The notes beneath the pieces are model-generated. The model had not been told where the DNA came from. It searched no databases and saw nothing but the letters and a program-made list of their open reading frames with translations. Below are positions 53,511 to 63,452 of a stretch of DNA of 64,000 nt, piece after piece (position 1 is the first letter of the stretch; every line of letters starts with the position of its first letter). Made by a program: the position numbers and the translations under genes. The stretch is taken from assembly GCA_947454705.1 (NCBI GenBank), contig CANGKZ010000029.1, forward strand, positions 488 to 64,487. The letters are read 5' to 3'. The DNA comes from Verrucomicrobiota bacterium (lineage in GTDB: Bacteria; Verrucomicrobiota; Verrucomicrobiia; Limisphaerales; UBA9464).

Positions 53511-56336
53511 ATGGACGACACGCAGCCCGCCGCGCAGGCTTTCCCCCAGCGCAGACTACCTTGGATCATCGGAGGAGTGGCTCTGGTCCTGTATTTGATC
53601 TCGCTGAATCCCTGGCTCCGCTTCGGCACCATTTCGGTCATTGCCGAACTTTCGAACTGGGACGGACTGCAACCTTTCACCCGACCTCTCCTGTGGCTGG
53701 TGACACGTCCCCTGCGACTCCTGCCCGAGGCCCAATTCCCCATTGCCGCAAATGCCCTAGCCGCGGTCTTCGGTGCGATTTCTGTGGGCTTCCTCACCCG
53801 AATCGTGGCGTTGCTTCCCCATGACCGAACCAAGTCGCAACGTGTCCGGGGCCACGCCGACGATCCCCTTCTCCATGGTTCCTTTGCCTGGCTGCCCCCG
53901 GCATTTGCCGGTCTCCTCGTCGCGTTGCAGCTGACCTTCTGGGAGCAGGCGACGGCCCAGACGGGCGAGATGCTCGACCTGATGCTCTTCGCTGGCTGCG
54001 CTCTCTGCCTCATGGAGTACCGGGCATCGCTGCGTGAAACGTGGCTTTGGCGCTTTGCGTTCCTGTACGGAATCAGCATCCCGGGCAACTGGGCGATGAT
54101 CGGATTCTTCCCGTTGTTCCTGATCGCGCTCGTGTGGATCCGCGGATGGTCGATCCTGGACACTTCGCTCCTGCTTCGTCTCGTGGGTTGGGGATGCCTC
54201 GGGCTTAGCGTTTATCTGCTCATGCCCGCGATGGCTGCGATTTCCGGCGAAGGGAACTATTCATCCTTCGACGTCCTGAAAGTGATTCTCAGCAGCCAGC
54301 GCGATGCAATCCGGGGCCTCCCCCGGAGCCGATTCCTGCTCCTCGCGACGGTTAATCTGCTGCCGCTGGTGTTGGTGGGTATCCGATGGTCCGGCACCAA
54401 GGCATCCTCGAGTCTTGAACGCATCATTTCCGAGGGAGCGGTCATCCTGCTGCAGCTCGGCTGGCTGGGAACCACGGTGTACATGGCATTCGATTCGGCC
54501 TTCAGCCAACGCCAGTTGATCCATCTGGATCCCCAATACAACGGCATTCCCCTGCTGACCTTCCACTTCTGCGGCGCCATTGCCGCGGGCTATTTCCTCG
54601 GTTACTTCCTTCTCGTGGGGGGAAGCGAACCCAGCAAGGCGTGGGATCGTCCCTCGCCCGGACTGCAAAACCTGACCCGGCTCGGCTGGATAATCATGAT
54701 CGTCGTGGGCCTGGGAGCTCCGGCCGCGCTGATGGTTCGGAACTGGCCTCGTATCCAGGCGCAGAACGGACCGCACCTGGAGTCATTCAGTCAGGCCATT
54801 GTCCAGGATCTGCCGAAGGAATCTTCCCTGGTGTTCTCGGACAACCCCTGGGTGCATTCGCTGCTGACTGCGTACCTGATTCAGCACCCGTCCTCCTCGC
54901 AACACCTGCTGGTCAACGGCTTCCTCGCACGACAGCCCTGGTACCGGCAGCGACTTCAGCGGATCCACGGCAGCCGATGGGCTGCTCTCAAGGAATTCAG
55001 CTCGGCGACCCAGGATGTGGCCACACGATTCCTGGCCCTGCTTCGGGAAGCCGCTGCGATGGAACGGGCGTTCATCGTCGCCCCGGAAGTCAGCTTCATC
55101 ACCGATCGCTTTGAGTTGAGGCCGCTTGGGCTTTTGTTCCGCCTGCAGCCCTTCGGAGACAAAGCAGTGGACCCCACCCCGCTCTCCGAGGCAGAAAACA
55201 CCCGCATCCAGACCTTCTATCGGGAGAAGAATTCCGCGCTCGAAGCCCTACGCAGTGTCCAATCCTACGCGCTTCCCGGGCTGAAGGAATTGTCGGAGAT
55301 CTGGTCGCGTCAGCTGGATTTCAGCGGCGTGCAGCTGCAACAGGCCGACCGGCTCGAACCGGCGGCGCGCCTGTTTGAAACCGCTCTCCGACTGAACCCG
55401 AAGAACGGCGCGGCGGAAACCAATTTGAAGGTCAATGCGGCGCTCCAGTCCAATAAACCGATCTCGGAAGACGCTGTGAAACCGTTGGCGGGACGCATTC
55501 CGATTTATGTCCTGTCTTCAGATGGCCCCGTGGATGAGCCGCAATTCCTGTCGGTGATCGCCCGATCCTTCCAAAACTCCGGAGAAAACTTCGTCCGTTC
55601 GATCCTGATTTATCTCGCCCGCGCGCACAAACTCGCTCCGGACTCTCACACCATCGGTACCGCGTACGCCGAGGCCTGCAAGGATGCCGGGGTGCCGGAT
55701 CGGGCGATGGCAACCATCCACGCCATCAAGGCCCGTGGCGGACTCAAGCCGCAGGAGGCAAGTCAGCTGCTCCGTCTCGAAGCCAACGCGATCCTGTCCA
55801 AGGGCAATTTCCAGGCCGCTGAAACCTTGCTGCTGGAGGCGCGTCGCAACACTCCCACCGACCCCGTGCCTCTCGATCTGCTGAGCCAGTTGTTCTACCA
55901 AACCGGCCGCACCAATCAGGCCTTGGAGATGCTCGACACCTGGCAGGCGCTTCGTCCCAACGAGGTCTCGGTTCCTCTCCGCCGTGCGAATATCCTGATC
56001 GAACTCAAGCAGTACCCCGACGCTCTCGTACTGGTGGATCGCGCGCTGAAACTCCAGCCCGACAACGCCACCGCCCGCGAAGGTCGCGCGAGCTGCCTCA
56101 TCCGGCTCGGCCGCTTGGAAGACGCCCGGAAGGATTACGAAATCCTGGCCCGGAAATTCTCCGACCGGGAATCCTATCAGCTGGCCCTTGGTGCGATCGC
56201 CGAACGCAAGAACGACAAATCGACCGCCATCAGCCATTACAAACGATACCTGGAGCTGGCGCCGCAGGACGCCCCCGAGGTGCCGCAGGTAAAGGCCCGG
56301 TTGGATCAATTGCGGAACGGCCCCCGCACTCCCTGA
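53511..56336 (+). CDS. Polytopic membrane protein (DUF2723/TMEM260-like GT-C fold) with C-terminal TPR repeats
   Basis: About 11 TM in the first ~410 aa (FWEQAT..., LSVYLLMP), then multiple TPR units (ALRLNPKN, ALKLQPDN, YLELAP). Confidence 0.65.
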   Translation: MDDTQPAAQAFPQRRLPWIIGGVALVLYLISLNPWLRFGTISVIAELSNWDGLQPFTRPLLWLVTRPLRLLPEAQFPIAANALAAVFGAISVGFLTRIVALLPHDRTKSQRVRGHADDPLLHGSFAWLPPAFAGLLVALQLTFWEQATAQTGEMLDLMLFAGCALCLMEYRASLRETWLWRFAFLYGISIPGNWAMIGFFPLFLIALVWIRGWSILDTSLLLRLVGWGCLGLSVYLLMPAMAAISGEGNYSSFDVLKVILSSQRDAIRGLPRSRFLLLATVNLLPLVLVGIRWSGTKASSSLERIISEGAVILLQLGWLGTTVYMAFDSAFSQRQLIHLDPQYNGIPLLTFHFCGAIAAGYFLGYFLLVGGSEPSKAWDRPSPGLQNLTRLGWIIMIVVGLGAPAALMVRNWPRIQAQNGPHLESFSQAIVQDLPKESSLVFSDNPWVHSLLTAYLIQHPSSSQHLLVNGFLARQPWYRQRLQRIHGSRWAALKEFSSATQDVATRFLALLREAAAMERAFIVAPEVSFITDRFELRPLGLLFRLQPFGDKAVDPTPLSEAENTRIQTFYREKNSALEALRSVQSYALPGLKELSEIWSRQLDFSGVQLQQADRLEPAARLFETALRLNPKNGAAETNLKVNAALQSNKPISEDAVKPLAGRIPIYVLSSDGPVDEPQFLSVIARSFQNSGENFVRSILIYLARAHKLAPDSHTIGTAYAEACKDAGVPDRAMATIHAIKARGGLKPQEASQLLRLEANAILSKGNFQAAETLLLEARRNTPTDPVPLDLLSQLFYQTGRTNQALEMLDTWQALRPNEVSVPLRRANILIELKQYPDALVLVDRALKLQPDNATAREGRASCLIRLGRLEDARKDYEILARKFSDRESYQLALGAIAERKNDKSTAISHYKRYLELAPQDAPEVPQVKARLDQLRNGPRTP

Positions 56337-56342
56337 GGGGCC

Positions 56343-57509
56343 GTGCGCGTTTCCCACGTCATCACCCGGCTGATCCTCGGCGGTGCCCAGGAAAACACGC
56401 TGTCCTCCGTCCTCGGCCTCCAACGACGCCCCGGATTTGAAGTCCGACTGATCTCCGGCCCCACCACCGGAAGCGAGGGTTCCCTCGAATCGGTGGCCCG
56501 CGAGGCCGGGGTGTTGACGGTGGTACCAGAATTGATCCGAGCCGTCCGGCCGTGCACCGACTGGATGGCCTACCGGGCGCTGACCCGGATGTTCCGCGCG
56601 GACCGGCCGGATGTGGTCCACACCCACAGCGGAAAGGCAGGAATCCTCGGTCGCCTGGCCGCCCACAAAGCCCGGGTGCCGTTGATCATCCACAGCATTC
56701 ACGGCCCCAGTTTTGGTCCATTCCAGGGCCGTGCAGCCAATGCGGTGTTCACCGCCGCGGAACGACACGCGGGTCGGGTGACGGATCACTTTGTTGTGGT
56801 GGCCGATGCCATGAAGCGCCAGTACCTCGCGGCCGGGATCGGACGCGAGGAGCAGTACACGCGCATTTTAAGCGGCTTCAACCTGCAGCCCTTCGTGCAG
56901 GCTCGGCGTGAACCGGAATTGGGACGCCAACTGGGAATCGAACCCGGTGATTTCGTGGTGGGGAAGATTGCCCGGCTCTTCGAACTCAAGGGGCATGACG
57001 ACCTGTTCGATGCCGCCCCGGAATTGATCCGCAGCATTCCGAACATCCGATTCCTGCTGGTCGGCGACGGGCCGTGGCGTGCGCGATTGGAGGAACGCGC
57101 CCGACACACGGGACATCCGGAACGTTTTATTTTTGCCGGATTGATCCCCCCCGGCGAGGTCTGTCGGTACGTGGCCTGGATGGACGCGCTGGTGCATCTC
57201 TCCAACCGTGAAGGCCTGCCCCGCGCCCTGCCCCAGGCTCTGGCCAATGGCAAACCCGTGGTGGCGTTCGATTGCGATGGAGCCGGAGAAGTCTGCCGGA
57301 CCGGGGAAACAGGATTCCTCGTTCGGCACGGAGATCAACCCGGACTGGTGAAGGCCATCACCGCCCTGGCCAAGGATCCAAATTTGAGACAGCGACTCGG
57401 CGCCTCCGGACAGGCGTGGGTGACGGAACGATTCACCATTGAGCGACTCGTGGAGGATCAGGCGCAGCTCTACACCCGGCTCGCAGCGGCCGCTGTGAAC
57501 CGCAGGTGA
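56343..57509 (+). CDS. GT4 family glycosyltransferase
   Basis: HVITRLILGGAQ, DVVHTHSGKAG, KGH, EGLPRAL.QA.A.GKPVV. Confidence 0.92.
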   Translation: MRVSHVITRLILGGAQENTLSSVLGLQRRPGFEVRLISGPTTGSEGSLESVAREAGVLTVVPELIRAVRPCTDWMAYRALTRMFRADRPDVVHTHSGKAGILGRLAAHKARVPLIIHSIHGPSFGPFQGRAANAVFTAAERHAGRVTDHFVVVADAMKRQYLAAGIGREEQYTRILSGFNLQPFVQARREPELGRQLGIEPGDFVVGKIARLFELKGHDDLFDAAPELIRSIPNIRFLLVGDGPWRARLEERARHTGHPERFIFAGLIPPGEVCRYVAWMDALVHLSNREGLPRALPQALANGKPVVAFDCDGAGEVCRTGETGFLVRHGDQPGLVKAITALAKDPNLRQRLGASGQAWVTERFTIERLVEDQAQLYTRLAAAAVNRR

Positions 57510-57656
57510 TCTGGTCGGTGTCCGCCCTCCCTTGAATCGGGGGGGACACTCGGGCAGTTCACCTGCTTTTTTCATTCCCCGTGGCGAATCCTCTTGCCCG
57601 GAGATGGTTGCACGGCGGCAATGGGCGGGCATCGCAACGGACCCCTCTTCCCGACT

Positions 57657-59069
57657 GTGAGCAACGCTATCAAATCTGATTCACCGCTCCCCCACTCCAC
57701 GAGTCGCTTCACCGCCTGGCTGGAACGGGGGCCGGCGCCGATCTTCGTGATCACCGCGGTGGTGGCCGCGTTCTGCACCTACTTTTCCATGTATGCATTT
57801 CGCAAGCCGTTCGCGGCCGCGAAATTCCAGGGAGAGACGCTGTGGGGCACCGCCATCGGACTGAAGACCGCGATCGTGGTAAGCCAGATCATCGGATACG
57901 CATTGTCGAAATACATCGGGATCAAGTTCTGTTCGGAAATCACCCCGGGACGCCGCGCACGAACGCTGGTGTTTCTCATCCTCTGGGCCGAGCTCGCACT
58001 GGTGGCGTTCGGTCTCGTCCCCAACGGCTGGAAGGTGTTCCCCATTTTCCTCAACGGACTCCCGCTCGGAATGGTGTGGGGGTTGGTGGTCTGGTACCTC
58101 GAGGGACGGCGTACGTCCGACGTGCTCCTCGTGGGCCTCAGCTGCTCGTTCATTGTGTCGAGCGGTATCGTGAAGGACGTGGGACGAGCCATGATGGAAG
58201 GCGCTGTCGCCACCTGGTGGCAGCAGGTGCCGTTGATCGGCCCTTGGATTGGATCGCACCTCGGCAAGGTCAGCGAAGGTTGGATGCCCGCGATCACCGG
58301 GCTTCATTTCCTGCCCGTTTTCCTCGGATCCGTGTGGCTCCTGAACCAGCTGCCGCGCCCCAATGCCCGCGACGAGGAAGAACGTTCCAAGCGGGTTCCG
58401 ATGAAGGGCTCCGATCGGCTCGCGTTTGTCCGCGAGTTTCTCTTTGGAATGACGATGTTGTGCATTGCCTACCTGTTCCTGACCGCGTACCGCGATTTCC
58501 GCGACACCTACCAGGTCGAGATCATGGACGACCTCGGGTACCCGTACGCCAAGTTCAAGGCGATCATCACCAAAGCCGAGACCCTGGTGATGTTCGGTGT
58601 CATGGCTGCGCTGGCACTGCTGTATTTCGTTCGCGACAACCGACGGGGTCTTCAGGCGACGTACGCGATCATGATCGTGGGCGTGCTGCTCCTCGGCGGC
58701 GCCACGGCACTCTTTCAGGCGAAGCTGATTCCCGGGTTCTGGTGGATGACGCTGACCGGCCTGGGTGCCTATCTCACTTACGTTCCCTACAATTCGGTTC
58801 TCTTCGACCGGACCATTGCCTCAACCCGCGCCACGGCGACCGCGGTATTCGCCATCTACCTCGCCGATGCCATCGGCTACACGGGGTCGGTCGGCGTCCA
58901 GTTGTTCAAGGATGTGGCCTGGAAGACGAGTTCGCGTCTGGCCTTCTTCCAGAGCTTCACCTGGGTAATGTGCGCGGTCGGAACCCTCTGCCTGTTTGCG
59001 AGCGCGATCTATTTCGAGCGTCGCAGCCAGCAGGCAGCCGCGGCGGGAAACGCGGTTGCGAGCAGGTGA
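57657..59069 (+). CDS. DUF5690-type MFS-like membrane protein
   Basis: Y.SMYAFRKPF, GYALSK.IGIK, NGLPLGMVWG...YLEGRR, YRDFRD. About 12 TM. Confidence 0.75.
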   Translation: MSNAIKSDSPLPHSTSRFTAWLERGPAPIFVITAVVAAFCTYFSMYAFRKPFAAAKFQGETLWGTAIGLKTAIVVSQIIGYALSKYIGIKFCSEITPGRRARTLVFLILWAELALVAFGLVPNGWKVFPIFLNGLPLGMVWGLVVWYLEGRRTSDVLLVGLSCSFIVSSGIVKDVGRAMMEGAVATWWQQVPLIGPWIGSHLGKVSEGWMPAITGLHFLPVFLGSVWLLNQLPRPNARDEEERSKRVPMKGSDRLAFVREFLFGMTMLCIAYLFLTAYRDFRDTYQVEIMDDLGYPYAKFKAIITKAETLVMFGVMAALALLYFVRDNRRGLQATYAIMIVGVLLLGGATALFQAKLIPGFWWMTLTGLGAYLTYVPYNSVLFDRTIASTRATATAVFAIYLADAIGYTGSVGVQLFKDVAWKTSSRLAFFQSFTWVMCAVGTLCLFASAIYFERRSQQAAAAGNAVASR

Positions 59070-59247
59070 TTTGAGTTCTTGGAAGCCAACCGTAAAACGG
59101 CGGTCAAGAGCACAGATCACAGGTTCAAAAAGGATTGGGCAGGCGGTACATGCCTCAAGCCCCGTCGATACCGGCACCTACCGGATCGATCCTCTGCTGG
59201 AAAAATACGGACACAAACATCCCCTGAAGATACTGCGTCCCAGCACA

Positions 59248-60732
59248 CTATCGTTCAGAAATCTCTGTCCTGTAGAACGTGGATTCCGCTGTGGCCTCAT
59301 CGAGGCTCAACTGGAAAAGGCCGTCTGAGGATTTTATCATTCGAGTTAATTCCCAAAGTTCCAGATCCGTAGACTTGTACACGTTCGCCGAGCGACCATG
59401 GGCACTCCTGAATGTCCAGTTGAGGAGGGATTTACCGTTTTCTCCGGGGATCCTCTTAAAACTGAGCGTTTCTATCGACTGATCTACGACCGCCGCAGGG
59501 TAAGTGACCACTGCATTCGTTGTGCCGTCAAATGTCCCAAATCCTGGAAGCATGAGCATCGCAGAGCTTTGATCTCCCGGCGGGTACACCAAATACACTG
59601 GGCCAACTTTGTTGAGAACAATCCGACCTCCAGGTTCAATCGTTCCTGCCCCGTCCCCTCCTGGCAGCACGTTGGATCGTGTCCATCCCCCAATCGTTCT
59701 CCGAACCAGATTAGTTACTCCAAGATCCTGGGCCGAGAAAAGGATGTCCGGCGTAACAATCCGCCGAGTGACTCTCTGAGTGATCACGGTTTCTCCCGAA
59801 ACAATCCGGTCGACGAAATCGTGTCGCGTGTTGGCTTGAGTGGCGGAATTGTAAAAGAGTCGTTTGAACCGAGGGCGGACGACACCAGGACGAAAGCCTG
59901 ATATCACCGGCTTGGAGCCAGACGATTCCTTCCAATCAAACCCCGAAGGCAGGGTCTCCCAGCGGATTCGGTTGGTGGAATAGATGTATCTTAATGCCGC
60001 TGCATCATCCCGCGTCAAAGCAGTTGCGAACCTTCCATTCTCCCTCCCCTCCCCTAGCATTGTGGCAAATGGGAGAAAACAGGAGACGGTTGAACTAACC
60101 GGAGCGGAGAAATCGACTGGAAATGGTGCTATTCCCACGCCGGCATGAGCTGGGAGTTCAATGATTCGGTAGGTGAATAAGACACCATTGATTGATTCCG
60201 TCGGAAGAATGGAATAGGCGTCAAAGTTTCTGTTTACGACCGAATAGGATCCCCCCGTAACGGTGTCAACCGAGCGGCTGCGAAGACAGAATACATTTTC
60301 CTCCGCAGGCCCTACGCCCAGTTGTTCCAAGAGCGCCGACAATGCAAATGATTTAAGATCGACCCTCTCTAGATTCTCTGCGGCACGATTGAAACCAAAA
60401 ACATAGGTCGGAAACCGATCCAGATCGATGTTCTCCGGCAGATCATTGAGGATGGCGACCGCCGATTCGACCGCAGCAATTCCAGAATGCCCGAAATACG
60501 ACACAAACGAAGCGTCGAATCCGTAGACAATTTCTGGAATACACCATCGGTACTCGTCACCGAGATTCATCGGCCCACCAGGGGATCCGTCCAACCCATA
60601 GGAAAGTGATGAATCCATCCAGCTCTCCCTCGGGCCAAGCAGCGAAAACGCCGAAGCGTGGAGAAGGAACTGAATCGCTAGAAGACAGCGCAGCCTTCGA
60701 CAGGCCAATGCAAAGGAGGCCGCGAGTTTCAT
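59248..60732 (-). CDS. Exported hypothetical protein with a degenerate matrixin-like domain and C-terminal FYR domain
   Basis: Signal peptide ending ASA/FSLLG. Motifs YRW...YGFD, DLKSFALSALLEQLG, LTRDDAAALRYIY. C-terminal STDL..W...FYR. Confidence 0.7.
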   Translation of the reverse strand: MKLAASFALACRRLRCLLAIQFLLHASAFSLLGPRESWMDSSLSYGLDGSPGGPMNLGDEYRWCIPEIVYGFDASFVSYFGHSGIAAVESAVAILNDLPENIDLDRFPTYVFGFNRAAENLERVDLKSFALSALLEQLGVGPAEENVFCLRSRSVDTVTGGSYSVVNRNFDAYSILPTESINGVLFTYRIIELPAHAGVGIAPFPVDFSAPVSSTVSCFLPFATMLGEGRENGRFATALTRDDAAALRYIYSTNRIRWETLPSGFDWKESSGSKPVISGFRPGVVRPRFKRLFYNSATQANTRHDFVDRIVSGETVITQRVTRRIVTPDILFSAQDLGVTNLVRRTIGGWTRSNVLPGGDGAGTIEPGGRIVLNKVGPVYLVYPPGDQSSAMLMLPGFGTFDGTTNAVVTYPAAVVDQSIETLSFKRIPGENGKSLLNWTFRSAHGRSANVYKSTDLELWELTRMIKSSDGLFQLSLDEATAESTFYRTEISER

Positions 60733-60905
60733 CAAGAATTCCTATTGTTCAAAGTCCACCTTAATTTCAGCGAGCAACCACCCATCGGGATTGCGTCCTC
60801 AACCAACTTGCTTCCACCTGTTTGATAAGCCTTCCCTGTCCGCCTACCGCATTTTCGCCCGTGCTTCTCTGCGGTTTAACGCTTCTTCAACCGCCGGAAT
60901 TGGGA

Positions 60906-61553
60906 TCAGCGACTCTTTGGCAGAATCTTCTCCACGGCTTCCCAAATCCGCGCGGACACCGCTTCAGGTTCTCCTTCGGCTGGGATGCACCGAACGCGCG
61001 ACGATTCCTCGCGGGCGATTTGTTCGTAGGCCGATTCTACCCGGAGGAAGAAAGCCTCCTTCTCCTGCTCAAAGCGGTCCACGGGGCCGGCCGTCGCCGC
61101 GGTGCGGGAGGCCACACGACGGCGCGCCTCCTCGCGTCCCACCTGAAGCAACAGGGTCAAATGCGGACGGGTCTCGCCCACGGCGTGGCCGATGACGGAA
61201 TTCACGAGATCGAGGGACAGACCGCGTCCGCCCGATTGATAGGCCACCGTGGAGTCATAGAACCGGTCGCAAAGAACGATTTCACCCGACTCCAATGCGG
61301 GTCGAATAACCTCGCGAACCAACTGGGCCCGGCTCGCATTCATCAGCAACAACTCGGCCTCCGGAACCATGCCCTGCCCCGCCGGATCGTGCTTGAGAAG
61401 GAAGCGGATCTTTTCCCCCAACGCCGTGCCGCCGGGTTCCCGGAGTTCGCGAACGCGGTAGCCAAGATCGGTCAACTGCGAGGCAAGCCGCTTGATTTGG
61501 GTGCTTTTTCCACAGCCTTCCCCGCCTTCAAAAGTAATGAGTCGTCCGAGCAT
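60906..61553 (-). CDS. tmk: Thymidylate kinase
   Basis: ITFEGGEGCGKSTQ, REPGG, CDRFYDSTVAYQ, DRFE. Confidence 0.96.
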   Translation of the reverse strand: MLGRLITFEGGEGCGKSTQIKRLASQLTDLGYRVRELREPGGTALGEKIRFLLKHDPAGQGMVPEAELLLMNASRAQLVREVIRPALESGEIVLCDRFYDSTVAYQSGGRGLSLDLVNSVIGHAVGETRPHLTLLLQVGREEARRRVASRTAATAGPVDRFEQEKEAFFLRVESAYEQIAREESSRVRCIPAEGEPEAVSARIWEAVEKILPKSR

Positions 61554-61680
61554 GATTTTGCGAGTGAGTACGAGTCTTTAGACCGGGGAACAGATTTACA
61601 ACCGCCGCGGCACGCAGATCTGAATTTAGAAACCGCGTTGCTCCTACGGGACATTCACAAGCGCCCCCTGTGGACTCCGA

Positions 61681-62667
61681 TCACTTCAACTCGGCAGCGC
61701 GATTGGCCGGCACAGCAGGCGCCGGGGCGAGCGCGGGTGAAGGCACTCCGGGGATGCTCGATTCATTTTGAAAATCACCCGAAAGGTACTCCACCAGGGT
61801 CTTCACCTGATGCGGAGAAAGGATTCCGCCGTTCTTGGAGGCGAAGGCGGGCATCAGCGATCCAACGCGCCCTTCGCTGACCCACTGCGTCCAGTAGGCC
61901 GCATCGGTGGGTTTGTTGAGGGCGCGCAAATTCGGCACCATCGAGGCCCGATGCTCGCCCTCGTGGCAGATGCCGCAAGCGGCCACGTAGAGCGCCTTGC
62001 CGGTCTTGCCAATCGTGGGCGTGACGTGGCAGTTCGCGCAGTCACCACGGAACACCGCCTGGCGGTCCACCGCGGCCACCTTGAGATTGCGATCCCGATC
62101 CATGGCAGTGAGTGGGGAATTCGGATCCACCCGCGGAATCGAGACCTGAACCATCAGCGGAATGATTCCCACCGACGAGGTCACGGTCACCGTCTTGACC
62201 AAGTTTCCCATCTTCCCGCGCAAATCGACAGTCACCCCGATGTCGCCATGGTCTCCCGGCTGCAACACCCAGGGCTGGCTTGGGAGCTGGGCCACGGTGC
62301 AGCCGCAGCTGGTATGAACACCGGCGATGGTGACCACTTCCTTGGAAACATTGGTCAGACCAAATTTGAACTTCGCCTCCGTCTCCCCGGCCTTAGCTTG
62401 GTATTGAAGGCTCCGGGTCGTCCATGCGATCGCGTTGGTGTTTTCAACGATCTGCATCGCACCCGGCGGCGGCGGCACGACGGCACCAGGAAGCCCGGGC
62501 GCTGGAGCAAATCCGCCGGCTGGCGGAGGCGTCTGACTCGACGCAGCCCAGGCTCCAAAACCGAAACAAACGCACCCTGCGGCGACCAGGAGACCCGCCA
62601 TTGGGCGCTTCAACACCTGGGAAAACATCCGCTTTGCTCCGACAGGTTGGATTCGGCTGAGGATCAT
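61681..62667 (-). CDS. Exported DUF1573 (Ig-like) plus diheme c-type cytochrome protein
   Basis: Signal peptide, DUF1573 hallmark HTSCGCT...PG..G.I.V, two heme motifs CANCH and CGICH, MPAF axial Met. Confidence 0.78.
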   Translation of the reverse strand: MILSRIQPVGAKRMFSQVLKRPMAGLLVAAGCVCFGFGAWAASSQTPPPAGGFAPAPGLPGAVVPPPPGAMQIVENTNAIAWTTRSLQYQAKAGETEAKFKFGLTNVSKEVVTIAGVHTSCGCTVAQLPSQPWVLQPGDHGDIGVTVDLRGKMGNLVKTVTVTSSVGIIPLMVQVSIPRVDPNSPLTAMDRDRNLKVAAVDRQAVFRGDCANCHVTPTIGKTGKALYVAACGICHEGEHRASMVPNLRALNKPTDAAYWTQWVSEGRVGSLMPAFASKNGGILSPHQVKTLVEYLSGDFQNESSIPGVPSPALAPAPAVPANRAAELK

Positions 62668-62748
62668 ACGTTGACGGACTAAAGCAGCGTCGGAGGGATT
62701 CGGCGAGTGTGTTTTGCTGGCACAGTCCTGGTTTTAGTGGACCGGTTT

Positions 62749-63423
62749 TCAGGATCGGTAGGCTCGAACCAAGGCGCTCGGTGCCACTCCCAATCGCCAC
62801 GCGGTCTCAATCAAAATCATGCGCAGGTAAGTGGTGAGGATCCCGCTGGCTCGAAACCGTCGGGCAGAAGTCAGCACCGTGGCGTTGGCCAGCTCCACAT
62901 TCCCTTCGAGAACCAGCCGACGAAACAATTCGTGCTCTTCCATCAACGGCACTGACGGAACTCCCCCGATCCGCTCGAGCACGGATCGTAGAACAAACAC
63001 GCCCTGATCGCCGTAAGCGAACCTCCACAGATGCATCCGGACGCGACACTTCCATCGCGACCCAGTCATCAGCCAATGGGGATTGCGGAACGCTTTTGCA
63101 AACGCCCCGCCAACCACTCCGGGACGCTGGAGCGTTTCAATCAACGCATTCATTCCCCCCGCCGGCAGCCAGGTGTCGGCATGGAGGAAAAGGATCGCGT
63201 CGCCAGTTGCGGCCTGCGCACCGGCGCGGAGTTGAAACCCTCGCCCGCGCGGGGCCGCGATCACCCGGCAGCCCGCCGCCCGGGCGAGATCCACGGTGCC
63301 GTCGCGGCTTCCGCCGTCGGCCACGATCACTTCAGCCACCGGCCCGGCAAGGCGCAGGTGCGCGAGAGTCTCCGAAAGTTCGGAAGACTCGTTGAGCGTG
63401 GGAATGACGACGGAAACCCGCAC
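62749..63423 (-). CDS. GT2 glycosyltransferase (TIGR04283-like)
   Basis: SVVIPTLNE, DGGSRDGT, FLHAD, YGDQG.F, LMEE, TSARR. Confidence 0.87.
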   Translation of the reverse strand: MRVSVVIPTLNESSELSETLAHLRLAGPVAEVIVADGGSRDGTVDLARAAGCRVIAAPRGRGFQLRAGAQAATGDAILFLHADTWLPAGGMNALIETLQRPGVVGGAFAKAFRNPHWLMTGSRWKCRVRMHLWRFAYGDQGVFVLRSVLERIGGVPSVPLMEEHELFRRLVLEGNVELANATVLTSARRFRASGILTTYLRMILIETAWRLGVAPSALVRAYRS

Positions 63424-63452
63424 GGATGGAATCCCGGCGCGCGGGCCAGGAA

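Noticed and set aside
57550-57572. Weak terminator GCAG-TTCAC-CTGC-T6 after the GT4 gene
   Set aside because: The stem is only about 4-6 bp. It is plausible but too weak to call.
62749-63423. Arsenosugar biosynthesis cluster suggested by the TIGR04283-like glycosyltransferase
   Set aside because: No arsS radical SAM, arsM or partner genes are adjacent in the window, and this family often occurs alone
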